64,000 nucleotides of DNA from an uncultured cyanobacterium (GTDB taxonomy: Bacteria > Cyanobacteriota > Cyanobacteriia > Cyanobacteriales > CAWCAG01). Where the stretch lies: the NCBI GenBank assembly GCA_963803805.1, contig CAWDOD010000003.1:480001-544000 (forward strand). The letters run 5' to 3'. The notes under the pieces are model-generated. The model saw only the letters and a list, made by a program, of their open reading frames with translations, was not told where the DNA came from and made no database searches. This document shows positions 40,248 to 50,431 of this stretch, one piece after another (the stretch's first letter is position 1; every line of letters starts with the position of its first letter). The position numbers and the translations under genes were made by a program.

Positions 40248-42128
40248 TCAATAATAAATTGCTGCACCTTTAACTTGAGGGAGCTTTTTCCTAAACTTAA
40301 AATTGTGACCAGAAAAAACAATTACTTCAAAGTCTCCAGAAAAATTTAATTCTGTTTTGATTCTGGCTTTAAATTGCTCATCATGTAGATAGTTTGCTCC
40401 TCTCCCTTTTACAAACTGGCGGCTAATCCCTAAAATATAGAAGGGCTTGTTAGGAAAATCCTTTACTTGCTTACGAACGAAATGAGCTGTTTTAACTTCT
40501 GGAAAGGTACTTAATTGTTCTGAGAGTTGTCTGATTTCGGCTTCTGGTAAAAGATGAGGTAAAAATTGGTCTTGCTCTGTAATATCGTGTCTTTTCTCAG
40601 CCGCTTTTTTCCAAGCTGCTCCCTCTTCATTAGCTCTGATAATGAGACTTCCAGCTTTTTCTATTTCACCGCTTTGCTGGTAATAACGAGTAAGTAAATG
40701 ACAACCTATTTCCACAAAAGCTGGATCTGATTCAATCGCTTGTTTCAAGTATTCAATACCTTGAAAATCTTGCTGTCCGAAATAAATTCTACCCAATTGA
40801 TAATTAGCGCTTGGATGAGTGCGATCGCTCTCAATAACCTTTTGATAAAGAGGAATTGCTTCATCCTTATTTTGAAGAATCTCTGTTAAATAAGCTAGCT
40901 TGTAAGTTTCTTCTGTCGTTAAATCTCTGACAGTAGCCTTTTGTAACAAGTAAGCAAAATTTTCTTGCTGTTGTTGCGCTTTAAGATTAATCTCTCGCCA
41001 ACTTTGAGCTTCTTCTTCGCCCCATAGCTGATCTAAAGCTGTAGCAAAACTTTCTAAAGCCTCACCTAACAAATAATCAGCACAACTTTCATTCCTTAGT
41101 TGTGATAAACCTTGCCAATTGATTTGATAATTCAACCTTTCGAGACGCTCTTTCAAACAAGGGTGAGTATCTTCGTTATCTGTCTGTTCAGCCAAAGCTA
41201 AGTTAAGAGCAACATTAGCATTTTCGTTAGCTTCTTTCCTTGCTAACTCTTTTAATAACTTAGAAATAGTATCTTGAGGAGGAGCAGATTGCTTTACTGC
41301 TTGACGATAAATTGCTGGCCAAAAAAGTTGCCGTAAAAAATAGTTGGTAATGTGAAGATTAATCAAAGCTTCTGCTTTAGGTTTACTGCCAACATAATGT
41401 GCTGCCCAACTATCAGCTTCATATTCATTCTCTCTAGCTAAAGCAAAACTGTAGGATTGAAAAAAAGGACTATACCAATTGAAAAACCAAGTATAGGGAG
41501 AAAAGATTTTTTGGGAGGATTGCTGATGTTTTTGAGCTAAGGTAGACCAAATTCTACGAAGACGATAAATCCAGTTAGAGAAATGACTATGATTCCCCGA
41601 TAAGTGTGCTAGTTCATGGGCAACAACAGCTTTAAACTGCTCTAAGGAGAGTGCCTGCATTAAGGGTAAACCTAAGATGAGATAGTTTTCTGAGGTTCCA
41701 AAAAAGCCAAACATCGGTCTTTGTAACACCCCTGCATTCATGTTGCTATCTAAAATAATATGCTGAAAATCAGGTGCTTTTAGAGTTTTAGTTAATTCAT
41801 CTACTAAGTTAAACAAGTTGGGAGCTTGTTCTCTAGTTATTGCTATTCCTTTAGGTTTGGGAATGTTAATAACAAACAAACGTAATATATTAAGAGAAAC
41901 CAAGAAAGCTAACCAATTAATTTGATTCGCCATACTAGGTGAGCTAGTAGCAATAACTAACTCTCTTAATCCCCAAAGTAAAGCTAAGATCAAATAAAAA
42001 CTAAGAAGAACATAACCGTAGCCCAAAACCGCTAATAAGCCAACCCGAAATTTATAGTTGCCAGGTTGCTTGGTAAATAGTCTTTCAATTCTTTCTAGTG
42101 AAGGAGTAAACCTTTTTTCCTTTGTCAT
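40248..42128 (-). CDS. M48-family zinc metallopeptidase with TPR-like C-terminal region
   Basis: N-terminal TM helices, NAGV, AHELAH (HExxH), ENEYEAD, DTHP. Confidence 0.9.
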   Translation of the reverse strand: MTKEKRFTPSLERIERLFTKQPGNYKFRVGLLAVLGYGYVLLSFYLILALLWGLRELVIATSSPSMANQINWLAFLVSLNILRLFVINIPKPKGIAITREQAPNLFNLVDELTKTLKAPDFQHIILDSNMNAGVLQRPMFGFFGTSENYLILGLPLMQALSLEQFKAVVAHELAHLSGNHSHFSNWIYRLRRIWSTLAQKHQQSSQKIFSPYTWFFNWYSPFFQSYSFALARENEYEADSWAAHYVGSKPKAEALINLHITNYFLRQLFWPAIYRQAVKQSAPPQDTISKLLKELARKEANENANVALNLALAEQTDNEDTHPCLKERLERLNYQINWQGLSQLRNESCADYLLGEALESFATALDQLWGEEEAQSWREINLKAQQQQENFAYLLQKATVRDLTTEETYKLAYLTEILQNKDEAIPLYQKVIESDRTHPSANYQLGRIYFGQQDFQGIEYLKQAIESDPAFVEIGCHLLTRYYQQSGEIEKAGSLIIRANEEGAAWKKAAEKRHDITEQDQFLPHLLPEAEIRQLSEQLSTFPEVKTAHFVRKQVKDFPNKPFYILGISRQFVKGRGANYLHDEQFKARIKTELNFSGDFEVIVFSGHNFKFRKKLPQVKGAAIYY

Positions 42129-42193
42129 TGTTGGCGCAGGCTACATTGCTCAAAATTATTTGATTGAACCAGAAATTAGCAACTAGCAACAAT

Positions 42194-42613
42194 TTAAAAT
42201 AACTGACCTCCTCGGAAACGCCAACGAGGAAATATAACTCGCATTAAAGATTGAGAGGCCAAATAAACACCTAACCAAACTACGCTGTAATGGCAGATAA
42301 ACCAAAAAAAATCAAATTTTTCTGCTGACACTCCAGGTAAGCCGATCACTTTGATTAAAACTAATATAAATAAAGCTTCCCAAATTCCCGCTAATAATTG
42401 AAAAGCACCAGGCCAATCCCTATCCCAACGAAATTTTTGTATATAAATATAAAGTACATCCCAAGCTATGCCAAATAAAGCCACATAAAACAGAATACAA
42501 AAGAAGAGACTATCTTTATCTTTAACAAAATAGAAAAACAAAGTAATTAAGCTACCAATAGTAGCTAAAAGAAATATACGAGTTTGCCAACGACCAAACA
42601 AAGTAGGAGTCAT
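42194..42613 (-). CDS. Hypothetical membrane protein
   Basis: MTPTLFGRWQTR...QKFRWDRDWP...FPRWRFRGG; about 4 TM segments. Confidence 0.8.
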   Translation of the reverse strand: MTPTLFGRWQTRIFLLATIGSLITLFFYFVKDKDSLFFCILFYVALFGIAWDVLYIYIQKFRWDRDWPGAFQLLAGIWEALFILVLIKVIGLPGVSAEKFDFFWFICHYSVVWLGVYLASQSLMRVIFPRWRFRGGQLF

Positions 42614-42650
42614 AGTTATATTAGGATTAATCTTTAACTAATCTAAAAAG

Positions 42651-43541
42651 ATGAATAAATCCCTTATTATCACAACCATAGCAGGAACTTTTTGCTTAAT
42701 GGCCCTTTGTCCAGAAAAGAGTCTTGCTGGTACTCTTTACCAAGGCTGGAATTATGCCCTAGATTCTTTTAGCGATGGAGTTAGTGGTGATATTATTGGG
42801 CCTCGAGGGGCTTTTGAATTTTATAGTCTTGCTGTTAAGGAAGAAGAAAATAACCTTTTTGTTGCTCTCAACGCTAATTTACCTTTAACAGGAGATCCTA
42901 ACCCTAATGTTAGCAATGGCAGTATTGCTTGGGGAGATTTGTTTTTCAATTTCTCTAATCAAGACTTCTTGAGCGCTAGTAATAATAACCAGCTATTTGC
43001 AGTCCGTTTTTCTGCTGCGAATGACTCCAGTATTCCTGAATTAGGAGTTTATAAAAATGTTCAAGCTAAAAGCGTTACCAATGAAAACTCTGGCTTTATC
43101 AGCTTAGAACAGTATAGCAACACTGTAATTAATGGCGGTGGTGTACCAACAATGGCAGATTTAGCAATTAATAACTCCTATTGGGAATATACAGGCTTTG
43201 ATAATATTCTCAATTCCATCGCTACAGGAGAAAAGATTGGTGAGATTAATTTTCTTGATAATCAAAGTCAAAGCTTATTAGGACTAGATTTTGCTCATTT
43301 TAATGCTGTTGGTTCCCAGATCATCGCTTTTAGCTTATCTAAAGATTTATTTCCTTCAGGCTCTTTTATTGCCCATGTGTTAGCAGAATGCGCCAACGAT
43401 GGTATGGCTTTACAAGGGGAACTAGCTACTCAAAAGCCACCGGAGGAAGAAAGTAAGGATGTACCAGAATCTTCAACCCCCATGAGCCTCCTTTGTCTAT
43501 GCTTGCTAGTATTTAGCAAAGGTTTGAGAAAACAACTATAA
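42651..43541 (+). CDS. PEP-CTERM (exosortase-sorted) surface protein, XDD3-like
   Basis: Signal peptide, GWNYALDSFSDG, WGDLFFNF, ECANDG, C-terminal VPESS + hydrophobic stretch + RK. Confidence 0.85.
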   Translation: MNKSLIITTIAGTFCLMALCPEKSLAGTLYQGWNYALDSFSDGVSGDIIGPRGAFEFYSLAVKEEENNLFVALNANLPLTGDPNPNVSNGSIAWGDLFFNFSNQDFLSASNNNQLFAVRFSAANDSSIPELGVYKNVQAKSVTNENSGFISLEQYSNTVINGGGVPTMADLAINNSYWEYTGFDNILNSIATGEKIGEINFLDNQSQSLLGLDFAHFNAVGSQIIAFSLSKDLFPSGSFIAHVLAECANDGMALQGELATQKPPEEESKDVPESSTPMSLLCLCLLVFSKGLRKQL

Positions 43542-43603
43542 AATCTTGGTTACAAACTAAACCCTACGTTAAGTTGGAGGGTGAGATTAAAAAATAATGA
43601 ATT

Positions 43604-44302
43604 ATGTTAAGAATAATCACAGACTTCGACGGCCCAATTATGGATGTATCGGAGCGTTATTATCGGGTTTACCAGCTATGTTTAGAAAAAGCCAAAGATT
43701 CTCAGCAACAGATCAAAATGCTATCTAAGCAAGAGTTTTGGCGATTGAAACGCTCAAGAGTTCCTGAAAGGGAAATTGGTAAAATATCTGGTTTATACAG
43801 TGAACAAGCGAAAATATTTGCTCGCTTGCGTCGGGAAACAGTTCATAGCTTACCTTATCTGGTTTACGATAAACCAGTTCCGGGGGCGATCCCCACCTTA
43901 GAAAAAATTCAACAGACACAAACTGATCTCTTCGTTATGACTATGCGTCGTGACGGAGAACTTGAAGATGCTTTTAACCGCTATGACTTAAGAAGATTTT
44001 TCCCCCCCGAACGTTGTTACTGCTTACCCCAAGACTATATTAAAGAAACAGATATTAAAGACAAAACCAAACTAATGGCCAAAGCCTTAGCTGAACTACC
44101 ATTAGCCACCGATAGTTGGATGATTGGTGATACAGAGGCTGATATAGTCGCTGCTAAAACTCACCAAATAAAATCCATAGCTGTTTTATCAGGAATCCGC
44201 GATCGCCCTCAACTAGAAAAATATCAACCCAACTTCATTGTTAACAATCTCAAAGAGGGTGTGGAATTAGTTTGGCAAAAATCCTTACAAATTGTTACCT
44301 AA
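43604..44302 (+). CDS. HAD-family hydrolase
   Basis: IITDFDGPI and WMIGDTEAD. Confidence 0.9.
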   Translation: MLRIITDFDGPIMDVSERYYRVYQLCLEKAKDSQQQIKMLSKQEFWRLKRSRVPEREIGKISGLYSEQAKIFARLRRETVHSLPYLVYDKPVPGAIPTLEKIQQTQTDLFVMTMRRDGELEDAFNRYDLRRFFPPERCYCLPQDYIKETDIKDKTKLMAKALAELPLATDSWMIGDTEADIVAAKTHQIKSIAVLSGIRDRPQLEKYQPNFIVNNLKEGVELVWQKSLQIVT

Positions 44303-44934
44303 CGTAGAAAGGAACTAATGAGCCAGAAAACCACAAAAGTTACTATGGCGCTAAAATCTAGTTGAGTAAAATTCTGACCAGTCCAATTTAAGATACCATT
44401 TTGTAAATCTAGACCATTAGCTAAAGAACTGCCTAAGCCTACTCCGACAATCAAACCAATTAAGGTCAAAAGCATTGAGCGTCCTAAACGATGCTCTTTG
44501 CGGTTGAGGAAGTAAACATTAGCACCTAAGCCGAAGGCTATAAATAGAGGTAAAACAGAAACTTCTTGGGAAATAATGGTTAAAACAATTAGTACAGAAA
44601 ATATTCCCCCAGGCCAAAGAATATCTTCTCGTGAAGGAGTATCTAGTAATTGTTGTACCCAGGAAGAAGAACTACTGGTAGGAACATTGGTTAAACTTAC
44701 TGGTGATTCAATATTACGTTCAGGGAAACGGATACCTTCTGGGACTTTTATCTTTCCTTCCTGGCGCATTTTGAGGCGATCCATAATAATTGCATCATAA
44801 GCACTTTCAATACTTTCGATGATTTTTCTGTCACCCTTATGCTGCTTACTTAAGCGCATTTTCGCTTCCTGGATTTCTTCAAAGGAAGCGTCTTCGGTGA
44901 CTCCAAGCTGTTCATAGACATTTTGTTCACTCAT
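44299..44934 (-). CDS. CPP1-like (DUF3353) J-like membrane protein
   Basis: ATG 44934 with AAAGGAGG upstream; YEQLGV..DASFEEIQ, IESAYDAIIMDRLK.RQEGKI. Confidence 0.88.
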   Translation of the reverse strand: MSEQNVYEQLGVTEDASFEEIQEAKMRLSKQHKGDRKIIESIESAYDAIIMDRLKMRQEGKIKVPEGIRFPERNIESPVSLTNVPTSSSSSWVQQLLDTPSREDILWPGGIFSVLIVLTIISQEVSVLPLFIAFGLGANVYFLNRKEHRLGRSMLLTLIGLIVGVGLGSSLANGLDLQNGILNWTGQNFTQLDFSAIVTFVVFWLISSFLR

Positions 44935-45463
44935 GTAAAACCTCCTTTGATATCTCCAATCCTTATCACTTTTTTGTACAAATTTTAAACTAGTTATAGT
45001 CCATAGCACCAAAGAATTAGGCTGCTCTCCCAGTTTAAGAGATAATTCTTAAAGATAAGTAGATATTTATTTTCCCTTGAGCTAGTTTATCCTGAACTAC
45101 GAGGTACTGGCAGCCTTTTTTCAACAATACTTTTATCTAGCACTTCTTGAGAAACCTAGCCTTTATTCTAGTTGATTAGGAACTAAGCAGTTAGATTGGA
45201 GGTGTTTATTTTCTTCAGTAAAAAGGCAAACTTAAATGAGTGGCTCTCATCTCATCATTAACTTAAGCACTGTCCTATTGCACCTCAGCTTAGAATATGT
45301 CTTAGAGCAATATTGATGCTGAGGATAGGCGTCAAACAGTTTATTCTGATTTAATTAAGGTCTGCTTAGATAGTTATCTAAAATGCTCTTAAAATAGTAC
45401 CTCCCTATTCTCTTAAATCTCAGGCTACAGTCCCTAAGTCAATTTTTTGTACGACATTATGTT

Positions 45464-46156
45464 ATGAGTCCTGATAAGATTCTTGTAGTAGACGACGATC
45501 CCGCAATTAGAAACTTGATTTTCCGTTTTCTTGGCCATAAAGACTACCAAATGGAGTCTGCTGGTGATGGGAAATCAGCTCTAGATAAGTTTGACAAGTT
45601 TAATCCTGATCTAGTTGTCTTGGATGTTAATTTGCCTGATGCTAATGGTTACAATCTCTGTGAACAGATGCAGAGACACACAGATGTCTTTGTCCTCTTT
45701 TTAACTAGTCGTGATGAACCTTCCGCTAAAAGAGAAGGTTTCAGCAAAGGAGGAGATGATTATTTAACCAAGCCTTTTGACTTACAGGAGTTAGAAGACC
45801 GAGTTAGAGCCATCTTAAAGCGTAAGCGCCTAGTAACACCAACGGAAAAACCCAGTCTCGTTTTTGGTGATTTGGTCATTGACCCAGAACGGAGGGAAAT
45901 AAAAGTTAATCAAGAATTTATCACCCTGACAGCTTTGGAATTTGATTTATTACTATTTCTGGCTAGTCACCCTGGTCGTGTTTGGCGACGACGCGAACTT
46001 ATTGAACAGGTCTGGGATTATGACCATGTAGGAGATGAGAGAGTTGTAGACGTACATATTGGGAGCATCCGTAAAAAAATTGAAACTCACTCTGATAAGA
46101 AATCTTTAATTCAAACTATTAGAGGTGTAGGCTACAGATTTGAAACCCCTGTCTAG
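45464..46156 (+). CDS. OmpR-family response regulator
   Basis: REC domain plus winged helix (LTALEFDLL, RVVDVHI, TIRGVGYRF). Confidence 0.93.
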   Translation: MSPDKILVVDDDPAIRNLIFRFLGHKDYQMESAGDGKSALDKFDKFNPDLVVLDVNLPDANGYNLCEQMQRHTDVFVLFLTSRDEPSAKREGFSKGGDDYLTKPFDLQELEDRVRAILKRKRLVTPTEKPSLVFGDLVIDPERREIKVNQEFITLTALEFDLLLFLASHPGRVWRRRELIEQVWDYDHVGDERVVDVHIGSIRKKIETHSDKKSLIQTIRGVGYRFETPV

Positions 46157-46202
46157 CTTGAGCTTAACTGAAGAGTTTTTCCCATGGTGTATCTACTAGT
46201 TC

Positions 46203-46472
46203 TTATGATGTCGTCTCCGCCTCCTCTGTTTTCTGAGTAGTTACAGTCTGGGATTTTTCTGGCTCTAATTGAGCATTCATCTTGACTGCTTCTTCGATTT
46301 GTTCAGCTTCTTTTTTAAATTCGTCTTGAAACTCTCTAGAAGCTTCTTGAAAACCTTTGAGGGCCTTACCTAAACTGCGGCCAATCTCTGGTAATTTTTT
46401 TGGACCAAAAATCAATAATGCGACGACTAAAATCAAAGCCATTTCTGGCAAACCAATACCAAATACGTTCAT
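46203..46472 (-). CDS. tatA: Twin-arginine translocase TatA/E
   Basis: FGIGLPEM..ILVVALLIFGPKKLPEIGRSLGK. Confidence 0.95.
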   Translation of the reverse strand: MNVFGIGLPEMALILVVALLIFGPKKLPEIGRSLGKALKGFQEASREFQDEFKKEAEQIEEAVKMNAQLEPEKSQTVTTQKTEEAETTS

Positions 46473-46518
46473 AATATTTCTTTTGCTAGTAGTTAGAGAT
46501 TAGTTGAGTATGAAGTAT

Positions 46519-46540
46519 AAAAAAACCCGGACAAGCCGGG
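46519..46540 (-). terminator. Intrinsic terminator after psbH
   Basis: Minus strand CCCGG-CTTGT-CCGGG-TTTTTTT. Confidence 0.7.
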
Positions 46541-46584
46541 AAATTTAGTTTTTCTTTCTCTCTGTAAAGAGAGAAAACCCAAAG

Positions 46585-46779
46585 TTATTGAGTCCAGTTA
46601 ACATCAAATCCATTGAGGATTAAGGAAGAATTGTAAATCTGCAAAATGATCAACAAGAAAACAAAGAATAAGAGCATGAAAACCGCCATTAATGGTGTTG
46701 TTCCCCAACCGGGTACGACTTTACCATACTCAGAGTTTAAAGGTTTGAGAACATCTCCCAAACGAGTGCGTTGTGCCAT
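46585..46779 (-). CDS. psbH: Photosystem II protein PsbH
   Basis: [21 protein letters not shown]. Confidence 0.97.
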   Translation of the reverse strand: MAQRTRLGDVLKPLNSEYGKVVPGWGTTPLMAVFMLLFFVFLLIILQIYNSSLILNGFDVNWTQ

Positions 46780-46876
46780 AATTCACCAATTATGAATCTA
46801 ATCTATTTTTTGTAATGTTCTGTAATATTATAGAGGGAAGAGGAATAATAATTTATTAAGAAATTTATTTAGAAAT

Positions 46877-47008
46877 ATGGAACAAGCAACAGTTCTTAGC
46901 ATCAGCATAGCTGTAGTATTTGTCGCTATTACAGCTTTTGCAATCTACACAGCTTTTGGCCCTCCTTCTGCGGAATTGAGTGATCCTTTTGAAGATCATG
47001 AAGATTAA
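46877..47008 (+). CDS. psbN: PsbN (not in the ORF track, 43 aa)
   Basis: Manual translation MEQATVLSISIAVVFVAITAFAIYTAFGPPSAELSDPFEDHED*, divergent from psbH. Confidence 0.96.
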   Translation: MEQATVLSISIAVVFVAITAFAIYTAFGPPSAELSDPFEDHED

Positions 47009-47084
47009 CTAGCCCTTTTAAGGTCTTGTAATTCCCCTCAAGTTATAGTTAGTTGAGAAAAAATAGTTGCTAGATGGGGAGCCA

Positions 47085-47242
47085 CTAGTGTTCTGTCAAA
47101 GCACAATTTTAGGGTAAAGAGACTTGAGCTTATCACGAGCATCATCTGTGGTAAACTGCCAGTCTACTCCTCGTTGAGATTGATTGTTACTTGCAGCCCA
47201 GGGCAAGAGTTCACTAAGAAGCCTCTCAATATTACCTGATGC
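47085..47242 (-). mobile_element. IS630-family transposase 3' remnant with one terminal end
   Basis: Minus strand reads ...GNIERLLSELLPWAASNNQSQRGVDWQFTTDDARDKLKSLYPKIVL* then CAGAACACTAG. Confidence 0.8.
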
Positions 47243-47321
47243 AGGATTTTCCTTTCTTCCTCAGTTAGTCTCACAATATACTTTTTTTGCATCTTTTTTC
47301 TCTATATTTTCTTTTCTTTCT

Positions 47322-48332
47322 CTATCCTAATTTCTTTCCTTGACTAAACACTAGGATTATTTTATCTTTTTCTACTTGGGCGATCGCACCTCCTGGGAGG
47401 GAAGAGATCTGAGAACGATTGGGGGCTTTGATTAGGTTGGTTAGGGCTTCGATTTGCTCAAAGCTGGGGGCTTTGGGTAGATAGGTTTGGAGAAATTGCC
47501 GCATTACTCGCCGTTGTAGGGCTAAAGGGATATTTTGTAACCCCAATCTATTGATTTTCCTCGGTTCTTTGGTAACTTTTTGGTAAATAGTTGTGGCAAC
47601 CTTTTCCTGATACTCTACCTCCCCTCGTAATACTTCTGCTGTTTGGGCTAAGGCTGTTTCTACTTGAGGATTAAAATGGGTTTTGAGGTAGGGAATTAGT
47701 TCTTGGCGAATGCGGTTACGGGCATAACGGAGGTTTTGGTTAACTTTATCTTCCCAAATTGGTAGTTGAAATTGTTGGCAAAATTGGAGGGTTTCTGGGC
47801 GAGAAATATTGAGCAGAGGGCGGACTAATTGGATATTTTTGTTTAAAGGACGCTGCCAAGATAAGGCTTGTAAACCATCTGTTCCTGAACCTCGTACTAA
47901 ATTATAAAGTAGGGTTTCTCCTAAGTCAGTTTTGGTATGACCTGTAACTACAAATTGGAAATCTTCTTCCCTCGCTATTTCCAGCAATACCCCATAACGC
48001 CACTTTCTTGCCGCAGCTTCGGTTTCTTTTAAGGGAATTGGCTGACTATCTGTGGCGGTTTTGAGGTAGAAAGGTAAATCTAGGGTTTGAGTAAATTCTT
48101 TTACCCAAGCAGCAATTCCCACATCGGAAGCCCAACAGTGATCACAATGGGCAATTCCCAGTTGCCATTGCCATTTGGGTTGTAAATCCCTTAGAAGCTT
48201 GCTTAAACAAAGGGAATCTTGTCCCCCAGATACCGCAATTAAAACTCGCCCTCTCTTGGCTATTAACTGGCGCTGGCGCAATGTTTGGTGCAATTGAGCA
48301 TGGAGAGATGTCCAATTAGAAAGTTTGACCAT
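47322..48332 (-). CDS. tilS: tRNA(Ile)-lysidine synthetase
   Basis: AVSGGQDS, EAAARKWRY, TGHT..D..ET, RPLL, RNRIR. Confidence 0.96.
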   Translation of the reverse strand: MVKLSNWTSLHAQLHQTLRQRQLIAKRGRVLIAVSGGQDSLCLSKLLRDLQPKWQWQLGIAHCDHCWASDVGIAAWVKEFTQTLDLPFYLKTATDSQPIPLKETEAAARKWRYGVLLEIAREEDFQFVVTGHTKTDLGETLLYNLVRGSGTDGLQALSWQRPLNKNIQLVRPLLNISRPETLQFCQQFQLPIWEDKVNQNLRYARNRIRQELIPYLKTHFNPQVETALAQTAEVLRGEVEYQEKVATTIYQKVTKEPRKINRLGLQNIPLALQRRVMRQFLQTYLPKAPSFEQIEALTNLIKAPNRSQISSLPGGAIAQVEKDKIILVFSQGKKLG

Positions 48333-48380
48333 AAAACCATTTGTTTTGTGTCGGAGATACAGTGATTGGGGGCAATGGTA

Positions 48381-49430
48381 TTAATGATTATATAAAAAGT
48401 CTTTTAAACTTAACTCGATAGGTTCAAAGAAACTAGAAGCATACTCACTATAAACTTCTGGTAAAAACGATTTATTACTATTAACAAACAAAGTGTCTCC
48501 TAAAATTTGCAAAGCCCTTTCATTAAGAGACTCAATCAACACTTCTGGCATAGTAGCTTGACGATTTGCCATTTGCTTTAGAGCAGTTTCATCCCCTAAG
48601 ACAATTGCCTTAAATACGCTTCGCTGTTCTTCATTAAGGCTAAGATTAAATTCTCGCCACTCTAACCATTCCTTTGGTATGTAGCTTTCTCTATTTTCTG
48701 GTTCTTCTTTAACTATGGGTTGAGACTTGGGTTCCTTTTCCTGAACTAAAGTTTGAGCTTGAGATTGAGGACTATTAAAACCAGACTCCATCTGCTTTTT
48801 ATAACTAGCTAAGTTATGGAGATATTCATTAATTTGGTTGCGCTGTTTTTGCTTTTCGCCAATTTGTTTATGCAATCCATCTAATTCCCCTCGTAATTGA
48901 TTAAGACGAGTTTCTAACTCCCTAATTTGACCATTTCTTACTGTTAGAGATAAAGTCATTTCTGAACTCAGCTTCTCAAGCTGTTGTACTTGCTCTTGGC
49001 GCTGCTGTAGGCTTGTTTCAAGCTGCTGCTTTTGCTGTTGAATGTAGCCAAGTTCTTGATACAGGGTGTTACGTTGATTATGTAGTTCAGAAACCCTATT
49101 TAGCAAATGATTTGATTCAGTTTGCAGAGCATAGTTTCTCGCTTCTACTTCTTGGATAATTTCTGTAGCTGCCGATAAAGATTGTTGTATTTGAACTTCT
49201 TCTGCTTCTAGTTCTTGAATTTCGTCATAAAGATGGAACCGGAGTTGCTTTTCTTGTCTGATACGGTTTTGTTTAGCAATTATTACCCCTAAATAGGTAG
49301 AAGGAACAGTTATTACCCCTGTTAAAAGCGCTTTAGCAAAGCTACGCTGAAGAATTAGCCCTAGCCCAAAACTTATACCGAAGGCAACTGAACCAAGAAC
49401 GATCTGATTAACTGGCTTGCTGAATCTCAT
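48381..49430 (-). CDS. Membrane-anchored coiled-coil protein with a TerB-C-like C-terminal domain
   Basis: Two N-terminal TM segments, Q/E-rich coiled coil, C-terminal MPEVLIESLNERALQILGD. Confidence 0.7.
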   Translation of the reverse strand: MRFSKPVNQIVLGSVAFGISFGLGLILQRSFAKALLTGVITVPSTYLGVIIAKQNRIRQEKQLRFHLYDEIQELEAEEVQIQQSLSAATEIIQEVEARNYALQTESNHLLNRVSELHNQRNTLYQELGYIQQQKQQLETSLQQRQEQVQQLEKLSSEMTLSLTVRNGQIRELETRLNQLRGELDGLHKQIGEKQKQRNQINEYLHNLASYKKQMESGFNSPQSQAQTLVQEKEPKSQPIVKEEPENRESYIPKEWLEWREFNLSLNEEQRSVFKAIVLGDETALKQMANRQATMPEVLIESLNERALQILGDTLFVNSNKSFLPEVYSEYASSFFEPIELSLKDFLYNH

Positions 49431-49670
49431 ATCTCAGACAGAGCGACGATTCCTAAAATGGCGGTTATGTACTGAAACTAATATGATTAGTTGCCCATTA
49501 TCTTACTATTCTGCCATAGGGGAGTAGCTCAGTAGTGAATATAACGCTTTTTCTTCATCGTCGATTTGATTTGGTCATGGTTTGATGACTAATTATTTTT
49601 CCACTAAAGCCATTTTAAAATACTGACTACTTCCTCGTAAGGGAAGCAAAAGGAACTTATCTGAAGAATT

Positions 49671-49708
49671 ATAGCGCCATACCTACTTCATCGTAGATAC
49701 GGCGCTAT
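49671..49708. repeat. Imperfect inverted repeat (REP-like)
   Basis: ATAGCGCCATACCTAC-ttcatc-GTAGATACGGCGCTAT, 14 of 16 positions paired. Confidence 0.65.
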
Positions 49709-49852
49709 TAAAGTCATTTTATTATGTTTAGGGTCTTTATATTGGCTGACCCCATTTGAATCACTCTTCAATATTGCCAGAAATGATGGGGATCTCCTTC
49801 ATTTATTAATGATTTCTTTATATTTCATCTAATGAAGTTTTGTGAAGCCAAG

Positions 49853-50380
49853 TTAATTTTTGCTTATTTGCTGAAGTGATACTCCTAATGCCTTAGATAA
49901 CCATACTTCAAAAGAACGTATAGGATAAGAAGCGGCCACGATGGCGGGGTCAACCATAGGTTCAACTAAAATAGTGAACATACCCTGACGATTTCCGGCC
50001 AAAACATCAGTAAACAGGCGATCGCCAACCATAGCAACTTGTCCTACTGGCAAATTCATTTCTTGGGCAGCTTGCTTTAATTTGCGTCGAGAGGGCTTTT
50101 TAGCTGCCAGCAAATAGGGTAAATCAAGTTCTTTAGCAATATTGCCGATGCGAGTTTCACTTAGGTTATTGCTGACTAACCATATTTGTGCTATTTCCCT
50201 CGTCCGTTCGATCCACAGAGCAACATCAGGAGAAACTTGCTTAATTTTAATGGGGACTAGGGTTTCATCTACATCTAAAATTAGACCCTTGAGATTGTAT
50301 TTTTGCAGTATATCTGGAGTAATACCAATTACTGGACCTTCTAGAACTAAGTCCGGTTGTAAGTTTGATGCCCAAGCCAT
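49853..50380 (-). CDS. yqeG: YqeG-family HAD IIIA phosphatase
   Basis: LDVDETL, VSNN, AKKP, MVGDRLFTDVLAG. Confidence 0.93.
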   Translation of the reverse strand: MAWASNLQPDLVLEGPVIGITPDILQKYNLKGLILDVDETLVPIKIKQVSPDVALWIERTREIAQIWLVSNNLSETRIGNIAKELDLPYLLAAKKPSRRKLKQAAQEMNLPVGQVAMVGDRLFTDVLAGNRQGMFTILVEPMVDPAIVAASYPIRSFEVWLSKALGVSLQQISKN

Positions 50381-50431
50381 AGTTTTTTAGTTATTAAGTG
50401 ACAATGTATTATAGATTGCTAAGAACTTAAC

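Noticed and set aside
44935-45012. N-terminal extension of the CPP1-like ORF
   Set aside because: A strong AAAGGAGG precedes ATG 44934, where family similarity begins
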